Source of the DNA: an uncultured Synergistaceae bacterium
GTDB lineage: Bacteria > Synergistota > Synergistia > Synergistales > Thermovirgaceae
DNA: 64,000 nt
Assembly (NCBI GenBank): GCA_964515395.1
Contig: CAZERC010000003.1
Location: forward strand, 5,568-69,567
Reading direction: 5' to 3'
Positions 60,944-64,000 of the stretch are shown piece after piece. The position numbers and the translations under genes are program-made. The notes below the pieces were generated by a model. It saw only the letters and a list, made by a program, of their open reading frames with translations, had not been told where the DNA came from and did no database searches. Every line of letters begins with the position of its first letter. The stretch's first letter is position 1.

Positions 60944-62281
60944 TTAAAACAGTTCTTTTAAAGTTTTCTTGAATGCGTCGACAAGGTTTTTCACGGGTGC
61001 TGTATAATTCCTGCTTGTCCTTATTTTTTTGATTCTCTGAGCAGTTTGAGACTGGAAAAAATCCCTGTCCGGCGGCTTGGGTACCCCATCCTTTCCTTGG
61101 GGGTCAATGAACCTGAACGGGTGCTTTTCCTTCATCTGCACGTACTGCAAAATACCAGCTACCGTGGTGAATTCTATGCCGTTGCGGTCGGGCGGCATGG
61201 TATCAGATGTCACCGGCACTCCCGCACGAACATGAAGCCCAAGAAGATCCTGCAGGAAGTCAGTCAATCCCTGGGTCTTCCCGACACCTCCGGAAAAAAC
61301 AACCTGCGAGGGCATCTTTCCGGGCGATGTTTTTTCGGCTTCGGCCTTGACAAGATCAAGCCACAGTTCGGCAATTCTCGGTCGTTCCACATCGAGGATT
61401 TCTCCCACGGTACATACGTAGGGTTCTCCCTTGATGTCGAATTCGAGTTCATCATCCCAGTTTTCGTCGGGTTCGTTGACCGGTATCAGGCGTTTCAGCA
61501 TTTCTGATTTTGATGGCGGAAGCTTGAGGACATAGGTGAGATCGTTGGTTATATGGTCCCCCCCGATGGGGAAGATTCCCGCGTGGGAAGGTTTCCCATC
61601 GCTGAACAGCGTGAAAGACGTGGTTCCGCCTCCGGAATCAACTGCAATGGTCCCTCTGTCGAAATCTTCTTCCTGAAGGGAACCGAAGGCGGATGCTATG
61701 GCCTTGTGCACGATGCCCTTGATGTGAAGTCCGGCTTTTTCTGCACACTGAACGGCAAGCCGGATGTCTGTCTCGGGAGAACAAAGGCATAACATTTCGA
61801 CATTCAGGTGTGCCCCTTTTTGACCGACCGGATCTGCAGTCGTGAGATTTCCGTCAATCTTGTAATGCAGGGGGAAGGCATGCAGGATCATGTCGCCCTC
61901 TTCAGGATGTGCCGCGGAAATGGCCGTCTGGATGACCTTACGGAGATCTGAAAGGGTTATGGTGTCCTCGCTTTCTCCGAGTTCCAGGGATCCTTCGCAC
62001 CGCATTGCACGCAGGGGATGCGTCCCCATGGCAAGATAGGCGCTTCCGACATGAAGGCCGATCATTTCCTCGACATCATCCAGCGCATTGCGTATCGATT
62101 CGATGACGGCTTCGGGCTCGAAAATCTTGCCTTTCTTGATCCCCCTGGTCCGGGACTTTCCGATGCCGATGATATGCCTTTCATTTTCCTGTGATGTCTT
62201 CTCCGCGACAAGAACGGCGGTTTTCTTTGTCCCTATGTCAAGACCTGCAAACAATTCAGGTTCTTTCGATGTCCTTTTCAT
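60944..62281 (-). CDS. ftsA: Cell division protein FtsA
   Basis: GLDIGT, GIKKG, VDSGGGTT, GGDHITNDL; precedes ftsZ. Confidence 0.9.
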   Translation of the reverse strand: MKRTSKEPELFAGLDIGTKKTAVLVAEKTSQENERHIIGIGKSRTRGIKKGKIFEPEAVIESIRNALDDVEEMIGLHVGSAYLAMGTHPLRAMRCEGSLELGESEDTITLSDLRKVIQTAISAAHPEEGDMILHAFPLHYKIDGNLTTADPVGQKGAHLNVEMLCLCSPETDIRLAVQCAEKAGLHIKGIVHKAIASAFGSLQEEDFDRGTIAVDSGGGTTSFTLFSDGKPSHAGIFPIGGDHITNDLTYVLKLPPSKSEMLKRLIPVNEPDENWDDELEFDIKGEPYVCTVGEILDVERPRIAELWLDLVKAEAEKTSPGKMPSQVVFSGGVGKTQGLTDFLQDLLGLHVRAGVPVTSDTMPPDRNGIEFTTVAGILQYVQMKEKHPFRFIDPQGKDGVPKPPDRDFFQSQTAQRIKKIRTSRNYTAPVKNLVDAFKKTLKELF

Positions 62282-62324
62282 TCCTTCTCCCCCTCGAACA
62301 GAGGAATCAGAATCGAGGTCACTT

Positions 62325-63119
62325 TCAATGTCCGGATTCCGTTCTCACGAGTATCTTTCCAGAATAGGTTGCGTCAATGTAAAGATCTCTTTGCACGGCG
62401 CTGGTTTCTTTCAGAATCTCATCCACAGCCGGGAAGAGCTGCTCCCATTTCTCTGGTGAAGCCTGAATCAGCATGCGCACCGTTCGTGGAGATCTCCTGA
62501 CAAGGAGCTCCAGGAAAAGATCCTCATCCTTTTGCAATACCGCTATGGAGTCGATCCGTTTGTAGTACCCGAGCTCCTCCAGCTTCTCCTTCCAGGTTTG
62601 CAGTTTTTCCACCGGAGCTTGTGACTTCATGACGCTGTTCAGCGAGACCCTGCGCGACGGTGCTGATACGAGATCATACATGGAATTCGTCCAGACGAGA
62701 ATAGGTCCCTCGCGTGGTTCCTGTTGTAAAATGACATTATTCATATTGTGGTGAACCGACCATATGCGTCCATCGACAGAAAGATACCATTCACTTCCTT
62801 TCCAGAATACCATGAACCAGGGCGTGAGCGGAGCAACTTTCAATCTGAAATCGCCCCATCCGGTAAGGGAGAGGGAAGCTTTCACGGGAATCTCCTCAAG
62901 GATTGTTGTGACCAGCCTGCGACGTTGAAACAAAAGAAGCGGCCAGAAACGCCGAACCTTTTCCGGAATATGTTGCCATACCATTTGATTCGGGAGAATC
63001 GCGGATGGTTGGACGTCAAGACTGCGCAACCTGAAAAGCTGGAATCGCTCTTCAATTTGGAAAAGGCCTCCAGTAATCAAAGCAGCGAGAAGAAAAAGGG
63101 TCAGCCATCGTTTTACCAT
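62325..63119 (-). CDS. Divergent FtsQ/DivIB-like protein
   Basis: Single N-terminal TM, position between murB and ftsA, C-terminal LYIDATY; call is mostly positional. Confidence 0.6.
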   Translation of the reverse strand: MVKRWLTLFLLAALITGGLFQIEERFQLFRLRSLDVQPSAILPNQMVWQHIPEKVRRFWPLLLFQRRRLVTTILEEIPVKASLSLTGWGDFRLKVAPLTPWFMVFWKGSEWYLSVDGRIWSVHHNMNNVILQQEPREGPILVWTNSMYDLVSAPSRRVSLNSVMKSQAPVEKLQTWKEKLEELGYYKRIDSIAVLQKDEDLFLELLVRRSPRTVRMLIQASPEKWEQLFPAVDEILKETSAVQRDLYIDATYSGKILVRTESGH

Positions 63120-64000
63120 TTTCCCCACGGCCCGCCGAAAAGCCGTATCTCCAGTTCAAGCCACACTCCCGACATTTCGTACACTCTTCGTCTGCACTCG
63201 GTGATGAGAGTGTAAATGTCCCGGGCTTTTGCATCCTGCTCGACTTCGAGGAAATTTGCATGGACCCGTGAAACCTGCGCTCCGCCGGATCTCAATTCCT
63301 TGCACCCTGCAAGATCAAGAAGTTTGCCGGCACTGATACCAGTGTCCGGGTTTTTGAAAACGCAACCTGCAGTTTTTGCTGTCCCGGGTTGCATCTTCCG
63401 CTTTTGACGGAAAGCCTCTATTGAAGCCTTCACCTGATTTGCCGTCGTTTGCCGGAAAAGGAGTCCGCACCGCACAACAATCTTTTCGGGGGCCCCAAGA
63501 CATGACTGCCGGTAGGAAGAAAAAAGTTCCTTCTTCAGCCATGTGCGGCGCCCCCGGCCGATTTCTACCGTTTCGACCCACTCCAGCTGGTCGCAAAGGC
63601 CCTTCCCTTCGGTGCCTGCGTTTCCCGCAAGGGCACCCCCGATGGTTCCAGGAATGCCGGTAGCGAACTCGAGGCCCGTCCATCCCAATTGACCTGAAAG
63701 ATCAACGATTCTGGCGAGCGGGACACCGCTCTCGGCGATGATTCTTGAATTGTCTCCATGCCGCGGCGATTTCCAGTCATATTCCGTCAGTCCCAGAGTG
63801 GACAGGACAATCCCTTCAATTCCCCGATCATGTACGAGAATGTTGGTCCCTCCACCGATAACCGAGAAAGGGACGTCTTCTTCCGTGGCAAAATCGGTTA
63901 TTTTGACGATATCGTCGAGACTGACGGCCTGCAGGAAGACCTGTGCCGGGCCCCCCACTCCAAGGGATGTCTTTTTTGCCAGTGGAACATCACGCTGCAG
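63113..64000 (-). CDS. murB: UDP-N-acetylenolpyruvoylglucosamine reductase (5' end outside the window)
   Basis: TSLGVGGPA, GGGTNIL, GIPGTIGGA..NAG, GCVFKNP, HANF, LELEI. Confidence 0.95.
   Translation of the reverse strand: MQRDVPLAKKTSLGVGGPAQVFLQAVSLDDIVKITDFATEEDVPFSVIGGGTNILVHDRGIEGIVLSTLGLTEYDWKSPRHGDNSRIIAESGVPLARIVDLSGQLGWTGLEFATGIPGTIGGALAGNAGTEGKGLCDQLEWVETVEIGRGRRTWLKKELFSSYRQSCLGAPEKIVVRCGLLFRQTTANQVKASIEAFRQKRKMQPGTAKTAGCVFKNPDTGISAGKLLDLAGCKELRSGGAQVSRVHANFLEVEQDAKARDIYTLITECRRRVYEMSGVWLELEIRLFGGPWGKW

Overview
A gene-dense (~55% GC) chromosomal core region of an anaerobic bacterium, most likely Synergistota. This taxonomy is an inference from Firmicutes-like gene orders (rplU-prp-rpmA with an extended L27, rapZ-yvcK-whiA, xseB-ispA-dxs-tlyA-nadK-recN) and amino-acid catabolic genes (arcAB, hutH). 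The + strand (1-43.8 kb) carries hisC, a P-loop/Asp23 protein, UDG, uppS-cdsA-dxr-rseP-ispG, a four-gene polyamine operon, arcA-arcB, nadE-yebC-ruvCAB-spoIID-queA, AmmeMemoRadiSam genes, hutH, mltG-tldD-ftsK-thiN, the xseB..recN block and rplU..rsfS. The - strand (43.9-64 kb) carries murB-ftsQ-ftsA-ftsZ, a radical SAM gene, a SPOR gene, a Mo/W-cofactor cluster, rapZ-yvcK-whiA, a glycogen-debranching-like gene and gap-pgk-tpi. No tRNA, rRNA, CRISPR array or IS element was recognised. Two observations stand out. (1) An unannotated 55/58-aa double-CxxC zinc-ribbon ORF (12694-12870) has an in-frame UGA followed by a SECIS-like hairpin, a CsoR-like operator upstream, and nikR next to it; it is a candidate metal-responsive micro-selenoprotein. 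(2) An intact amylo-alpha-1,6-glucosidase homolog has both predicted catalytic carboxylates replaced by amides (WMD->WMN, SEIFDG->AQNFDG) and is translationally coupled to whiA; it is a candidate pseudoenzyme or sugar sensor. All calls come from reading motifs by eye; no database search was run.
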